Positions 1-15,309 of a DNA stretch of 64,000 bases are shown here, piece after piece. The notes beneath the pieces were generated by a model. The model was not told the DNA's origin. It saw only the letters and a program-made list of their open reading frames with translations, and did not search any database. The stretch's first letter is position 1, and each line of letters starts with the position of its first letter. Both the position numbers and the translations under genes were made by a program. Origin of the DNA: Nitrospirota bacterium (lineage in GTDB: Bacteria > Nitrospirota > UBA9217); contig CAVTRN010000001.1 of assembly GCA_963737155.1 (NCBI GenBank), positions 1,120,001 to 1,184,000 of the forward strand. Direction: 5' to 3'.

Positions 1-720
1 AGCATCCACGAATTTCTCTACCCTCTCATCCAAGGTTATGATTCGGTCATGCTGAAGGCGGATGTAGAGCTGGGCGGAACGGACCAAAAGTTCAATCTCC
101 TTGTCGGCAGGGAACTTCAGAAGGAATTCGGCCAGGAGCCGCAGTCCATCGTAATGATGCCGCTTCTTGAAGGGCTCGACGGTGTAAACAAAATGAGCAA
201 AAGCCTTGGGAATTACATCGGAATCAATGAGCCGGCCAAGGATATTTTTGGCAAGATCATGTCCGTGAGCGATGGCCTCATGCTCCGCTATTATGAGCTC
301 GTAAGCTCGATATCGATCGAGGATCTGGAAAGGATTAAGAAGGAGATTCAATCCGGAGCGCTTCATCCCATGGAAGCGAAGAAACGGCTTGCTGCTGAGT
401 TGGTAGACCGCTATTGTTCGATGGGCGAAGGTGCGAAATCGCGGGAAAAATTCGAAAAAATTTTCAGTGACCGCTATCTTCCTGAAGACATGCCGATAAT
501 CGAAATAGCCTGGGAAGGCGAGAGCATGAAACTCTTAAAGATCATGGCATTGGCTGGCATCGCGAAAAGCAATTCCGAAGCCCGGAGATTGATACAGCAA
601 GGGGCAGTCGAGGTTGATCAAAGGCCAGTGAAAGACGTGGACGCTGAATTGTCTTCGACAGGAAGATACACATTGCGAGTAGGAAAGAAGCGATTTTTTC
701 AGGTTATTGCTAGGAGCTAA
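1..720 (+). CDS. tyrS: Tyrosyl-tRNA synthetase, C-terminal part (gene starts before the window)
   Basis: Frame 1 is open from base 1: [26 protein letters not shown] motif, and a C-terminal S4-like domain ([14 protein letters not shown]...VGKKRF). Confidence 0.97.
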   Translation, partial: SIHEFLYPLIQGYDSVMLKADVELGGTDQKFNLLVGRELQKEFGQEPQSIVMMPLLEGLDGVNKMSKSLGNYIGINEPAKDIFGKIMSVSDGLMLRYYELVSSISIEDLERIKKEIQSGALHPMEAKKRLAAELVDRYCSMGEGAKSREKFEKIFSDRYLPEDMPIIEIAWEGESMKLLKIMALAGIAKSNSEARRLIQQGAVEVDQRPVKDVDAELSSTGRYTLRVGKKRFFQVIARS

Positions 721-749
721 AAAAAATTATCAGCCGAAGAAAAAAAGTC

Positions 750-778
750 TTGACATGGGGAAGGGTTTCTGTTAAATT
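750..778 (+). promoter_or_regulatory. rrn P1 sigma70 promoter
   Basis: TTGACA (750-755), 17 bp, TAAATT (773-778); A-rich UP element upstream and GC-rich discriminator downstream. Confidence 0.75.
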
Positions 779-887
779 GCGCCCTCGTTCGGCGGTAAAC
801 CTCGGGCAAAACCTCGAAGTTCAATCAATACCAACCGAGCATTACAAAAATCATTTTTAAATAATTTTCAAATAGAAAAATAATATC

Positions 888-916
888 TTGACAAACTAAA
901 GTGTTTTCGTTATGAT
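888..916 (+). promoter_or_regulatory. rrn P2 sigma70 promoter
   Basis: TTGACA (888-893), 17 bp, TATGAT (911-916). It is followed by a boxA-like GTCTTTGAAAACT (~940) whose flank pairs with ~2678-2704 (16S processing stem). Confidence 0.8.
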
Positions 917-1065
917 TATTATTCTGTGAAGCACACATGGTCTTTGAAAACTAAATAGGTGCATTAAGTTCCAAACAGCTTTTTTAAGTTATTTGGAACG
1001 GCGGGTTTTGGGTAACAAAAAACTGTCAAGTTACTTTGTGTAACTTTGCTTATAAGGATCAGATT

Positions 1066-2634
<1,569 letters not shown>

Positions 2635-2781
2635 GAATTGGAGATTCTCATAATCTCCCATCCAGGTCGTTCCGCCAGCACCTATTTAGTTTTGAAGGAC
2701 CATGAGCAATGCTCAGGGCTATAGGCATGGGCTCGGAGATTAACCCGCGGGAAGTCCTGAGCCTGATAGAAGCGATAAAAC

Positions 2782-2858
<77 letters not shown>

Positions 2859-2899
2859 GTACAGCAATCCGTGAGAAAAAACCGGAATTGTGCTAATTC

Positions 2900-2975
2900 G
2901 GGGCTGTAGCTCAGCTGGGAGAGCACCTGCTTTGCAAGCAGGGGGTCAGCGGTTCGATCCCGCTCAGCTCCACCA
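2900..2975 (+). tRNA. tRNA-Ala(TGC)
   Basis: 76-nt cloverleaf GGGGCTGTAGCTCAG..., anticodon TGC, encoded CCA. Confidence 0.98.
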
Positions 2976-3153
2976 AATAAACAGCACACTCAAAGCTCAG
3001 AATTCAGAGTTCAAGACTGTTGAGCTTTTAATTGTGAATTTTGATTTCCCGAGCGCATAGCTCGGGATTGTTCTTTGACAACTGAATAAGCAAGATACAA
3101 GAAAAGCTGAGGCGAAATCAAGAAACGCCGAATCTGCCAAAAGCAGGTTCGGT

Positions 3154-6151
<2,998 letters not shown>

Positions 6152-6242
6152 ACTATTATTATTAAATGAATCTGCTTTTGACAGATTCGGCTTTTCGAAG
6201 TACTCTTGCTTATTCAGTGTCATTGATTATCGTCATACGATT

Positions 6243-6359
<117 letters not shown>

Positions 6360-6369
6360 TATTTTTTCG

Positions 6370-6402
6370 AAGCCCGTCATCTTATGATGATGGGCTTTTT
6401 TT
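6370..6402 (+). terminator. rrn intrinsic terminator
   Basis: AAGCCCGTCATC-TTAT-GATGATGGGCTT hairpin followed by a T tract. Confidence 0.9.
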
Positions 6403-6644
6403 GTTTACGACCCAGCAAGAAGAGATTATGTGGAATTGCCTACCATCCGTGAATGGCGATAAGGCCTGTTAATATCGCCTTTCTGCAAATCGATGAAAGA
6501 TGTGGTCAGTGCAGCTACATGCATGCACTCAATGGTCATGCTAGAATGCGCGTTTCACGGAAAGGAGTTGACCATGAAATCACGATCACAAAAACTGCCT
6601 GCATGCCTATTGACATTGAAACTGCCTCAACTTTGCGCTCCTAG

Positions 6645-8645
6645 CCCATCTTCCGCAGTTTGATCATCTTTTAAACTATTTTGAGCCGGTTTGAGCAACC
6701 AACTTATTGATTTTTTTAATGGTGATCTTTGAAAACCGCGTGTAGTGCCGACCACCCTCTTGCCTCCCTCGTTCTTTTCAGCGATAATGCGAGCAGAGGA
6801 GAACAAGGTAGATGTACTTGCGTCGACGCCGTCGTAAAAAAAATGGAACTGAATACGAGTCGTGGGCACTTGTAGAATCTATTCGTACTGCCAAGGGGCC
6901 GCGCCAGACCACCGTCGCTACCATCGGCAAGCTACCCGGCCTCGATCGGGAAGAGCGAGTGGGATGGGGAGAGATCGGGCGAATCCTGGACGGTAAACCA
7001 GCGCCGTCCCTTTCGCTATTTGACAAAAACGATGATATCCCGTCGTGGGCGACGGTCAATGTCAAAGGAGTGCAAGTTGATCGCCTGCGCTCTTTTGGTG
7101 ATGTCTATCTTGCACTTGCGATGTGGAGGAGACTCAGGCTTTCGGAATTTTGTGAAGAGCATATCAAGGTTGGAAGAGAAGAAGTACCGTGGTCGATCAT
7201 GGCCTGCATTTTGACTCTGGCACGATTCTGCGCACCATCCTCGGATCTCCAAGTGGCCGACTTCTGGTATGGCACAACTGCACTGGATGATCTGTTGGGC
7301 GTGCCCAAAGAGAAGATCAACGATGACCGGCTCTACCGGGCACTTGATGCCCTGCTGCCCCACAAGGAGGCCCTATGCAGGCATCTGCAGCAGCGGTACG
7401 GAGAACTATTCGGGACACGGTTCGATTTTCTCTTTTACGACATCACGTCGACATATTTTGAAGGGGCCATGACGGGGAACTCGCAAGCAAAGCGCGGATA
7501 CAGTCGAGACGGCCGGCCTGATTGTGTCCAGGTTACCATCGGGCTTGTGGCGAGCAAAGAGGGACTGCCGTTGGCCTTTGAAGTCTTCGATGGGAACCGG
7601 ACCGATGTGACTACCGTAGAAGAGATGGTCGAGACAATGGCAACGAAATACGGCAAGGCCGAGCGCATATGGGTGATGGATCGCGGCATGGTGAGTGAAG
7701 AGAATCTCGAATATATGCGCGAGCAGGGAGCCCGATATCTGGTCGGCACGCCCAAGGCCATGCTTAAGAAATTCGAGCGTGAGTTGCTTATGGAGAACTG
7801 GCAAACAGTCCGGCCCGATGTGGAGATCAAGCTCTGCCCGTCACCTGACGGCAGCGAAGAAACGTTCCTTCTGTGCCGTTCAAAAGGACGCAAAGAGAAG
7901 GAAGAAGCGATTCTGAACCGGTTCATCACCCGGTTGGAAGAAGGCCTTACAAAAATGCAGAATCAGGCCAGCGCGGGCAAACTCCGGGATAAGCAGAAGG
8001 TAGAACGAAGAATCGGCAGGCTTCTCGAACGGAATAGCCGTGCGGCATCATTGTACGAAGTCCTGGTCTCTGAGACAGGAAGCGGCAAAGACACACGCCT
8101 AAGCATCACAATCACCAAAAACGAAGAACGATACAACTGGGCGCTCAAAACAAGCGGCAGCTATCTCTTGCGTACGAACTGGCCCGAACGCGATCCGCAG
8201 GAGCTGTGGAAGACCTATATCGAGCTGACGCAGGTGGAGGATGCTTTTCGCATAAGCAAAAGCGATCTTGGTATGCGACCAATCTTCCATCAGAAGAAAG
8301 ATCGCACCCAGGCGCACATCCTTGTGTGTTTCCTCTCACTCGCCATGTGGCGGATGCTCTCGCACTGGATGTCCTGTTCCGGCATCGGCAGCGCGCCAAG
8401 GAAACTAATCGAAGAACTGCGTATTGTAAAATCGCTCGACGTGTTGTTGCCAACACGCGATAAGACAATCAGACTTCGGGTGGTGAGCAAGGCGCCGAAG
8501 GACCTACAGCCGCTTCTTCAGAGACTCAAGCTGCCGTTACCGAACAGACCGAAGATAGTTGAAAATGTAGTGCCGACTTTTGCCAATTGTGCAAGCTAAG
8601 AAACTGATTTATTGGAACTTTGAATTTTTTACTGCGGAAGATGGG
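6645..8645 (+). mobile_element. IS1634-family insertion sequence, copy 1 (intact)
   Basis: 15-bp perfect terminal IR CCCATCTTCCGCAGT (6645-6659) / ACTGCGGAAGATGGG (8631-8645); CTAG duplicated at 6641-6644 and 8646-8649. Confidence 0.95.
6812..8599 (+). CDS. IS1634-family DDE transposase (595 aa)
   Basis: FYDITSTYFEG, GYSRDGRPD, VMDRGMVSEENL, VEDAFRxxKSDLGMRPIFHQ and AHILVCFL motifs. Confidence 0.95.
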   Translation: MYLRRRRRKKNGTEYESWALVESIRTAKGPRQTTVATIGKLPGLDREERVGWGEIGRILDGKPAPSLSLFDKNDDIPSWATVNVKGVQVDRLRSFGDVYLALAMWRRLRLSEFCEEHIKVGREEVPWSIMACILTLARFCAPSSDLQVADFWYGTTALDDLLGVPKEKINDDRLYRALDALLPHKEALCRHLQQRYGELFGTRFDFLFYDITSTYFEGAMTGNSQAKRGYSRDGRPDCVQVTIGLVASKEGLPLAFEVFDGNRTDVTTVEEMVETMATKYGKAERIWVMDRGMVSEENLEYMREQGARYLVGTPKAMLKKFERELLMENWQTVRPDVEIKLCPSPDGSEETFLLCRSKGRKEKEEAILNRFITRLEEGLTKMQNQASAGKLRDKQKVERRIGRLLERNSRAASLYEVLVSETGSGKDTRLSITITKNEERYNWALKTSGSYLLRTNWPERDPQELWKTYIELTQVEDAFRISKSDLGMRPIFHQKKDRTQAHILVCFLSLAMWRMLSHWMSCSGIGSAPRKLIEELRIVKSLDVLLPTRDKTIRLRVVSKAPKDLQPLLQRLKLPLPNRPKIVENVVPTFANCAS

Positions 8646-8701
8646 CTAGAGGCTTTGAACAATCGCTATTTCCCAGTTCGCGCCTTCCCGGCACTTTCAG
8701 G

Positions 8702-8729
8702 TTGACTCGGGCATAATTCACGGTATAAT
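8702..8729 (+). promoter_or_regulatory. sigma70 promoter of the HD gene (probably leaderless transcript)
   Basis: TTGACT, 16 bp, TATAAT; ATG follows 6 nt after the -10 with no Shine-Dalgarno. Confidence 0.7.
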
Positions 8730-8735
8730 CGTTTC

Positions 8736-10151
8736 ATGCGAGAATTGGCTCGAGGTGAAGAATTTTACGATGGCACTGCCCTGCTCGGCGATCCCGTACA
8801 TGGCTACATCACTTTTACCACTCCGCACGGCTTAAACGAAAAAACCGAGAAAGACCTTATTGATACGCCCTGGATGCAGCGTTTGAGGCAGATTTACCAG
8901 CTTCAGAGCGCTCGCTGGGTTTACCCGTCGGCAGAACACAGCAGATTTCAGCATGTGCTCGGCGCCATGCATCTGGCTGGAAGGTTCGCTCGTCATCTCT
9001 ACCCCTCGCTCAAAGCGGCAGCGCATGACTGCCCATCGGCAAATTATGTTGAGGAGTTTCTTCGGATCGCGGCACTGCTTCACGACATCGGGCACGGCCC
9101 TTTCGGACACTTTTTTGACGATAACTATCTTGCACTGTATGACCTTACCCACGAGAAATTGGGCCAGCACATCATCAGGACCGAACTCGCCGATATTATC
9201 AAGGCCATTCGTCGAAGCCCTACTGGAGAATTCGCAAAAGGGGAAAAGCTGAACCCCGACCAGGTTGCGTTCCTCATCGGTAAAGGTCCAGGGTCGACCT
9301 CATCAAAACAGCCTCACTGGACCGTTTTTTTGCAACCACTCCTGTCTGGCATCTACACTGTGGACAATCTCGATTATGTCATGCGTGACGCATATATGTG
9401 TGGTGTTGCCATCGGCGCTGTGGACATCGATCGGCTCATGTATTACACGTTTTTCACAGACAAGGGGTTGACACTCCATAAATCCGGATTGACCGCCCTA
9501 AATATGTTTCTAAACGCCCGGCTCTACATGTACACGAATGTGTATTACCATCGGACCACTCGTGCCATAGATGAACACCTGAAGGAACTGTTCAAAGAGA
9601 CCATGGCTAGAATTTTTCCATATGGCAATCCCGTTAAAAACCTGCAGGATTATCTTTCCTTGACTGATTGGTCGTTGCTCGAAGGGGTGCGAAAGTGGGA
9701 AGGGAGCAAGAACACCGAAACTGCCATGCTCGGCAGGGAATGGGCCGCCATTCTTGCTCGCGAGGTCAAATGGAAGATGGCTTACGATGTTACGCTTTCA
9801 ATGCGTATTTTCGAAAAGGGGAAGACTATTATTGATGAAAGCGAACTGGTGAAAAGAATCAAAAAGAACCTGCCACTGAAGCTGAAGGACCTGAGGTTCT
9901 GCGTGGACATGGCAAGTCAGGACCCCCGTCCGGTCAACCCGCTTATGATGGGCGAACGTCAGATCTATGTGTTCAATCCTTCAACCCGCAAGGTGGAAAA
10001 GGAACCTCTCAAGGACTTTTTCGATTATATCCCTGCACGGGTCGTTCAGTGCAGGGTTTTTACCCTGAATCACGACCACGACAAGGAACTTGCTGATATC
10101 ATAGACAAAGTACTAGGAATCCAGGAGGACAGCATCAAAACGAACGTTTGA
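8736..10151 (+). CDS. HD-superfamily phosphohydrolase, SAMHD1/YwfO-like dNTP triphosphohydrolase
   Basis: DPVHGYI, QRLRQIYQL, HSRFQHVLG, ALLHDIGHGPFGH, DNLDYVMRD and MYTNVYYH motifs. Confidence 0.88.
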   Translation: MRELARGEEFYDGTALLGDPVHGYITFTTPHGLNEKTEKDLIDTPWMQRLRQIYQLQSARWVYPSAEHSRFQHVLGAMHLAGRFARHLYPSLKAAAHDCPSANYVEEFLRIAALLHDIGHGPFGHFFDDNYLALYDLTHEKLGQHIIRTELADIIKAIRRSPTGEFAKGEKLNPDQVAFLIGKGPGSTSSKQPHWTVFLQPLLSGIYTVDNLDYVMRDAYMCGVAIGAVDIDRLMYYTFFTDKGLTLHKSGLTALNMFLNARLYMYTNVYYHRTTRAIDEHLKELFKETMARIFPYGNPVKNLQDYLSLTDWSLLEGVRKWEGSKNTETAMLGREWAAILAREVKWKMAYDVTLSMRIFEKGKTIIDESELVKRIKKNLPLKLKDLRFCVDMASQDPRPVNPLMMGERQIYVFNPSTRKVEKEPLKDFFDYIPARVVQCRVFTLNHDHDKELADIIDKVLGIQEDSIKTNV

Positions 10152-10336
10152 GCACCAACGTCGCGTTTCATCTTCTTGCTTCTGGTTTAAGTTGTACCTC
10201 GATTCACTGGTCAATCGGGCTTGTGAGGTAACGTTCATTGCCAAAACAGGGCTGAAGAAACCGGTATCATCAATTAGTCTGGTATAATCTATTCGCCTTG
10301 CCGAGAAAACCTCTACCGTTCGCAATCACCGCTAAT

Positions 10337-12169
10337 TTACCGTATTTTTGCGATCTCTCTAATCCTCTTGACAATTGCTGCGGCAGATATTTCTTCATAC
10401 TCCAGAAGTTCCGCAGGTTTGCCGCTCCGCGGCATTTTTCTCACAGCCAGTGAGTAGACGGGAACTTCCGTTTTCGAAAGCACACTCATTACCGCCTCTC
10501 CGAGCCCGCCTTCGGCAAAATGATCCTCCACCGTGATAACGGCACCCGTCTCGCGGGCTGCATTGATGATAGTTGCTTCATCCAGCGGTTTGATGCTGTA
10601 CAGGTCGATTATACGAACCAGGATGTTCTCTTTTTTTAACTCTTCGTATGCCTGAAGCGCCTCATGCACTGTTATGCCCGCAGCCACGATGACCGCAATA
10701 TCAGCCTTATTGGATTTTAGGAGCTTGCTTCCGCCGATGTGGAATACTTCGTCGTTGCCGTAAATAACGGGAGTTTCCTTCCTCGTAGTTCGAAGATAGG
10801 AAATTCCTTTGTGCCTGGCCATTTCTGCAACGAGCTTTTCCGTAGATACCGCATCGGAAGTGTAAAGGACAACGCTGTTCAGTAGCGTCCTGAACAGGGC
10901 GATATCCTCAAGTCCCATTTGAGATGATCCGTCCTCGCCGATTGAAACGCCGGCATGAGAGCCGCAGAATTTAATGTTTGCTTTCGAATATTGGCTCATC
11001 CGGATTTGGTCGAAGGCTCGAGACAGGAAGGCTGCAAACGTGGAGACAAAGGGTGTCTTGCCCCGGAGCGATAGGCCGAGGGCTGTGCCGACCATGTTCT
11101 GTTCGGCAATGAACATTTCGAAAAACCGATCCGGATTCGTTGCCTTAAAAAGATCCGAATATGTTGAGTTGCTCACCTCTGCATCGAGTACGACCATATT
11201 CGGGGACTCCGGAAAAATTCTTACAAGTGCCGTCCCGTAGGCATGACGTGTAGACATGAGCTTGTCGGTCGTATAGAAAACGGGCTGTGCGTTCGAGGGG
11301 GACATTTCTATCGGCCTCAGGTTATCAGGCTTTTCAATTTTCCCTATGATTGTTTTGTCGATTGGTTTGAGTTCTTCGAGAGCCCGGGCAAGTTCATCCT
11401 TGTTCAACGGTTTGCCGTGCCAGCCGTTTTTGTCTTCGATGAAGGATACTCCCTTGCCTTTGATGGTTCTGGCAATGATCATGACAGGCTTATCCTTGGC
11501 AGACAACGCCTGTTTATATGCCGTCAGAATCTGCGGCAGCTGATGTCCGTCGATTAAAATGGGTTCCCAGCCGAATGCCGATACCCGGTCTTTGTAAACT
11601 GAGAGATCATGGCCGTACATAGTCTCCCCGCGCTGTCCGAGGCGATTCACATCGATAACGCCGGTGAGGTTGTCGAGCTTGTAGAATGCTGCGATCTCCA
11701 TGGCTTCCCACTGAGAGCCTTCGGCCATTTCGCTGTCGCCAAGCAGCACATAGGTCCGGTATGGCAGTTTATCAATGAACTTGGCGTTTAGTGCCATGCC
11801 CACGCCAATGGAGAGACCCTGCCCAAGGGAGCCTGTGGCTGCCTCGGTGTACTTGAATTCACGTGTCGGGTGGCCCTCCAAATTGCTGTTGAATTTTCTG
11901 AAAGTCATGAGCTCTTGCTCCGACACTTTTCCAGCTGCTGCCCAGAGAGAATAAAAAAGTGGAGAGGCATGGCCTTTGGAAAAGATCAGTCGGTCGTTAT
12001 TCGGATGTTGGGGATTATCAAGGTCGTATTTAAACGTTCCGCCGAAAAGAAGTCCCGCCATGAGGTCTGCCGCGGATAGTGAGGAGGTCGGATGACCGGA
12101 ACCAGCTTCAGTTGACATAACGAGACTGTAATAGCGTATAAGTTTTGCGATGTTTTCCAAGTTATTCAT
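10337..12169 (-). CDS. tkt: Transketolase (single chain, ~610-aa type)
   Basis: SGHPTSSLS, SKGHASP, ATGSLGQG, TPP motif GDSEMAEGS...N, and HAGVSIGEDG. Confidence 0.93.
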   Translation of the reverse strand: MNNLENIAKLIRYYSLVMSTEAGSGHPTSSLSAADLMAGLLFGGTFKYDLDNPQHPNNDRLIFSKGHASPLFYSLWAAAGKVSEQELMTFRKFNSNLEGHPTREFKYTEAATGSLGQGLSIGVGMALNAKFIDKLPYRTYVLLGDSEMAEGSQWEAMEIAAFYKLDNLTGVIDVNRLGQRGETMYGHDLSVYKDRVSAFGWEPILIDGHQLPQILTAYKQALSAKDKPVMIIARTIKGKGVSFIEDKNGWHGKPLNKDELARALEELKPIDKTIIGKIEKPDNLRPIEMSPSNAQPVFYTTDKLMSTRHAYGTALVRIFPESPNMVVLDAEVSNSTYSDLFKATNPDRFFEMFIAEQNMVGTALGLSLRGKTPFVSTFAAFLSRAFDQIRMSQYSKANIKFCGSHAGVSIGEDGSSQMGLEDIALFRTLLNSVVLYTSDAVSTEKLVAEMARHKGISYLRTTRKETPVIYGNDEVFHIGGSKLLKSNKADIAVIVAAGITVHEALQAYEELKKENILVRIIDLYSIKPLDEATIINAARETGAVITVEDHFAEGGLGEAVMSVLSKTEVPVYSLAVRKMPRSGKPAELLEYEEISAAAIVKRIREIAKIR

Positions 12170-12296
12170 AGTTCACCTCGAATTAAGATTCACAGAACCC
12201 AGGCGGATCGGGGAGGGAGAGCCGAAAAGATGTAAAGAAAGTTCTCAATCCAGCCCTATCCGGCCTTTCTGTGTTTACTCTCTAACTATAGAACGT

Positions 12297-13730
12297 TTAG
12301 GAGAGAATTTGCACCGTTTGTTTAATCATTTCTATGGCTGGACCAGGATATACGCCGAGCCATACAAGAAAAACGGTGAGAGATGCCAGAACAATGCTGC
12401 TGCTCCGGGAAAGCCCGGGTTCCCCTTGCATCTCCTGCTCTCCGGTTGAAAACAGCACGACGATGATCCGCAGGTAGTAATAAAGTCCAATTACGCTGTT
12501 GACCGCAAGAACGATCACCATCAGCCAGAGCGCAGAACCGATCCCTGCGGCAACGATATAAAATTTACCGATAAAGCCCGCGGTAAGCGGGATGCCAGCA
12601 AGCGAAAAGAGCATTATCGTGAACACACCGGCAAGGAGTGGCCGTCTTCGGACAAGTCCCCGGTAATCATCCAACCGGTCCGCATCACGGTCAGGGCCAG
12701 AAAGGACTGTGACCACTCCGAACGTGCCTAATGTCGTGACGAAATACGCGCTCAGATAAAACGCAGCAGCGACGCGGCCTGTCGGGCCACTCGCGAGAAT
12801 CGTTACGAGCAGGTAGCCAAGGTGGGAGATTGATGAGTATGCTAAAATCCGTTTCACGTTTGTCTGGAGCAATGCCAGGAGGTTGCCGACGAACATGGAA
12901 GCAATGGCAATGAGTGTGATGATAATGCCAAGCGCTTCCTGTGCGTGGATTTCCACGTAGGCAAAATAGCGCAGCAAGAGAGCGAATACCGCTCCTTTTG
13001 AAACCGTGGCGATAAAGGCTGTAACCGGTGCAGGCGCTCCCTCATAAACGTCCGGGGTCCAGAGGTGAAAAGGAACAACGGCGAGTTTAAATCCGAGCCC
13101 GACGATGATCATGGCCACCCCGGACAGAAACGGCAACTGCCGTAGTTGTGTTCCTGCGGTTCGGGAAGCGATTTCCGTGAATGCTAGGCTGCCTGTTGCA
13201 GCATAGACGAGAGCCATGCCGAAAAGAATAAAGGCAGATGAAACAGCAGCCAGGATCAGATACTTGACTCCCGCCTCCACGCTACGGTCGCTGTGCCTAA
13301 AGTAGCCGGCCAGGGCGTAAAGTGAGACGCTGAGGAGTTCGATGCCGAGGAAGAACGATGCAAAGTGTGTTGCTGCAGTCAGAACGGCACAGCCCAACAG
13401 GGCGAGCATCAGCAGGAGATAGAACTCCTCGCGATGGCCTTCATGCTTTTCAAGGTATGAGTAAGACATTGCTGTTACGGCAAATCCCGCGAGAAGAAGA
13501 AGGCCAAGGAAAAAGAAGCCATAACGGTCGATGGTGAGAAGGGGTGTAACGTTTCTCGGAAGTATGGATAAAACGCCTGAAATGCATATCCCGGAAAGCG
13601 CCAAGCCCGCAAGCGTGAGGATTACGGTGATTTTGTGATTGCGATAGAAAGCGAGTACAAGCATGGTGATCACCACCGTTGCCGACAGAACAAGGTAGGG
13701 TGAAAGTGCGGTCAGATCGACGATGTTCAT
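12297..13730 (-). CDS. nuoN: NADH-quinone oxidoreductase subunit N
   Basis: EAGVKYL, FKLAVVPFHLWTPDVYEGAP, KRILAYSSISH; operon position. Confidence 0.96.
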   Translation of the reverse strand: MNIVDLTALSPYLVLSATVVITMLVLAFYRNHKITVILTLAGLALSGICISGVLSILPRNVTPLLTIDRYGFFFLGLLLLAGFAVTAMSYSYLEKHEGHREEFYLLLMLALLGCAVLTAATHFASFFLGIELLSVSLYALAGYFRHSDRSVEAGVKYLILAAVSSAFILFGMALVYAATGSLAFTEIASRTAGTQLRQLPFLSGVAMIIVGLGFKLAVVPFHLWTPDVYEGAPAPVTAFIATVSKGAVFALLLRYFAYVEIHAQEALGIIITLIAIASMFVGNLLALLQTNVKRILAYSSISHLGYLLVTILASGPTGRVAAAFYLSAYFVTTLGTFGVVTVLSGPDRDADRLDDYRGLVRRRPLLAGVFTIMLFSLAGIPLTAGFIGKFYIVAAGIGSALWLMVIVLAVNSVIGLYYYLRIIVVLFSTGEQEMQGEPGLSRSSSIVLASLTVFLVWLGVYPGPAIEMIKQTVQILS

Positions 13731-15241
13731 TCTTCGCCTCCCTTCGTCTGGATCATCGGGTTCTCCTGGGTCGCGCTGAAGCTGACGGCATGGAGAACAG
13801 GTTCGACCGGTCTCAAGACCGTCTGTGGGAAGAAACCTATCCAGATAATCACGATGATCATAGCCGCCATAATCCCCATCTCACGGACCGTAAGATCGGC
13901 AAGACGGATGCCCATCTTTTTTTTGCCTTGAAAGACTCGTTGCACTATCCAGAGTGAATAGATTGCGGCAAAGACAAGCCCGCTTGCAGCGAGGATAGTG
14001 ACGATGCGGTGCATTTGGAACGAACCGATAAGCACCAGGAATTCGGCAATGAAATTACCGAAGCCGGGCAAACCGAGCGACGCCAGCGCAAAAACCAGCG
14101 CCACACCGCCCAAGCGCGGCGCCGGTTCCCAAAAGCCGCCCATTCGACCCATCTCCCGCGTATGGATGCGCTCCTGAATTATGCCGACAACGATGAACAG
14201 AGCGCCTGTACTGACTCCATGTGCCACTATTTGCATAACTGAGCCAGAAAGCGCGGTTGCTGAGCCGGCGAATATGCCGAGAAGCACGAAGCCCATGTGG
14301 CTTACGCTGGTATAAGCAATGAGACGCTTTAGATCGCTCTGTCCGAAAGCCATAATAGCGCCGTAGATAATTCCGATAACGGCGACGACAAGCATTGTCG
14401 GGGCAATGGCTGCCGAAGCACCCGGAAACAACGGCATGACAAAACGCAGGAGCCCGTATGCCCCGGTCTTGAGCAGGAGTCCCGCGAGAATTACGCTCCC
14501 TGCTGTTGGCGCTTCAGTATGGGCATCAGGCAGCCAGGGATGGAAAGGAACTACAGGCAGCTTCACGATAAACGCAATGAGGAAACCGCCCATAATCCAC
14601 ATCGCAGTTGAGGGGGACAAGGATGTGCCGAGAAGCATGTTGTAGTCAAACGTGTAGTTGCCCGTGTTGACGCCATGGACGAAATAGAGAGCTAGAATCG
14701 ACAGGAACATGAGAAGGCCGCCGGCCTGGGTAAAGATGAAGAACTTGAGCGACGCGTACACACGGTTCTCATGGCCCCAGATATGAATGAGAAAGAACAT
14801 GGGAACGAGCATAAGCTCCCAGAAGAAGTAAAACAGGAAAAGGTCGAGGGCTAGGAACACACCGAGAATCCCTGCAAGTACCCAGAGCAGGCTCATGTGG
14901 AAAAATCCCACATGAGCGCGGATCTCGGACCACGAACATAGCACGGAAATGATTCCGAGGAACAGTGTCAGCGCAACAAGCATAAAACTTAGCCCATCCA
15001 TGGCAAGATGCAAGCCTATGCCTAGCTGAGGGATCCATGCCTGGTTCCATTCAATTAGCCATCGTCCCCGGTCAAGTGCAGGCTGGATGTAAAAATCTGG
15101 ACACAAGATTGCCAGGAGGACGCAATCCAGTATCAGTGCAAAGAGCGAAACCCATCGTGCAGACACGTTGTTGTCGCGGTCTAGAAACCATGCTGCCAGT
15201 CCGCCGAGAAGCGGTATGATGATGAGCCAAAGAAGGATCAT
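13727..15241 (-). CDS. nuoM: NADH-quinone oxidoreductase subunit M
   Basis: FYFFWELMLVPM, PFHPWLPDAHTEAPTAGSVILAG, AYTSVSHMGF. Confidence 0.96.
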   Translation of the reverse strand: MILLWLIIIPLLGGLAAWFLDRDNNVSARWVSLFALILDCVLLAILCPDFYIQPALDRGRWLIEWNQAWIPQLGIGLHLAMDGLSFMLVALTLFLGIISVLCSWSEIRAHVGFFHMSLLWVLAGILGVFLALDLFLFYFFWELMLVPMFFLIHIWGHENRVYASLKFFIFTQAGGLLMFLSILALYFVHGVNTGNYTFDYNMLLGTSLSPSTAMWIMGGFLIAFIVKLPVVPFHPWLPDAHTEAPTAGSVILAGLLLKTGAYGLLRFVMPLFPGASAAIAPTMLVVAVIGIIYGAIMAFGQSDLKRLIAYTSVSHMGFVLLGIFAGSATALSGSVMQIVAHGVSTGALFIVVGIIQERIHTREMGRMGGFWEPAPRLGGVALVFALASLGLPGFGNFIAEFLVLIGSFQMHRIVTILAASGLVFAAIYSLWIVQRVFQGKKKMGIRLADLTVREMGIMAAMIIVIIWIGFFPQTVLRPVEPVLHAVSFSATQENPMIQTKGGEE

Positions 15242-15309
15242 GCTTTATTGTCTCGCCCTGCTGCGGCGCCTATCGCAAGGGTTAGGACTACGGCAAATTG
15301 GGGCGGCTC

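Noticed and set aside
8736-10151. HD dNTPase as an anti-phage nucleotide-depletion gene
   Set aside because: Stand-alone in core context with typical composition; a housekeeping role is the simpler reading.
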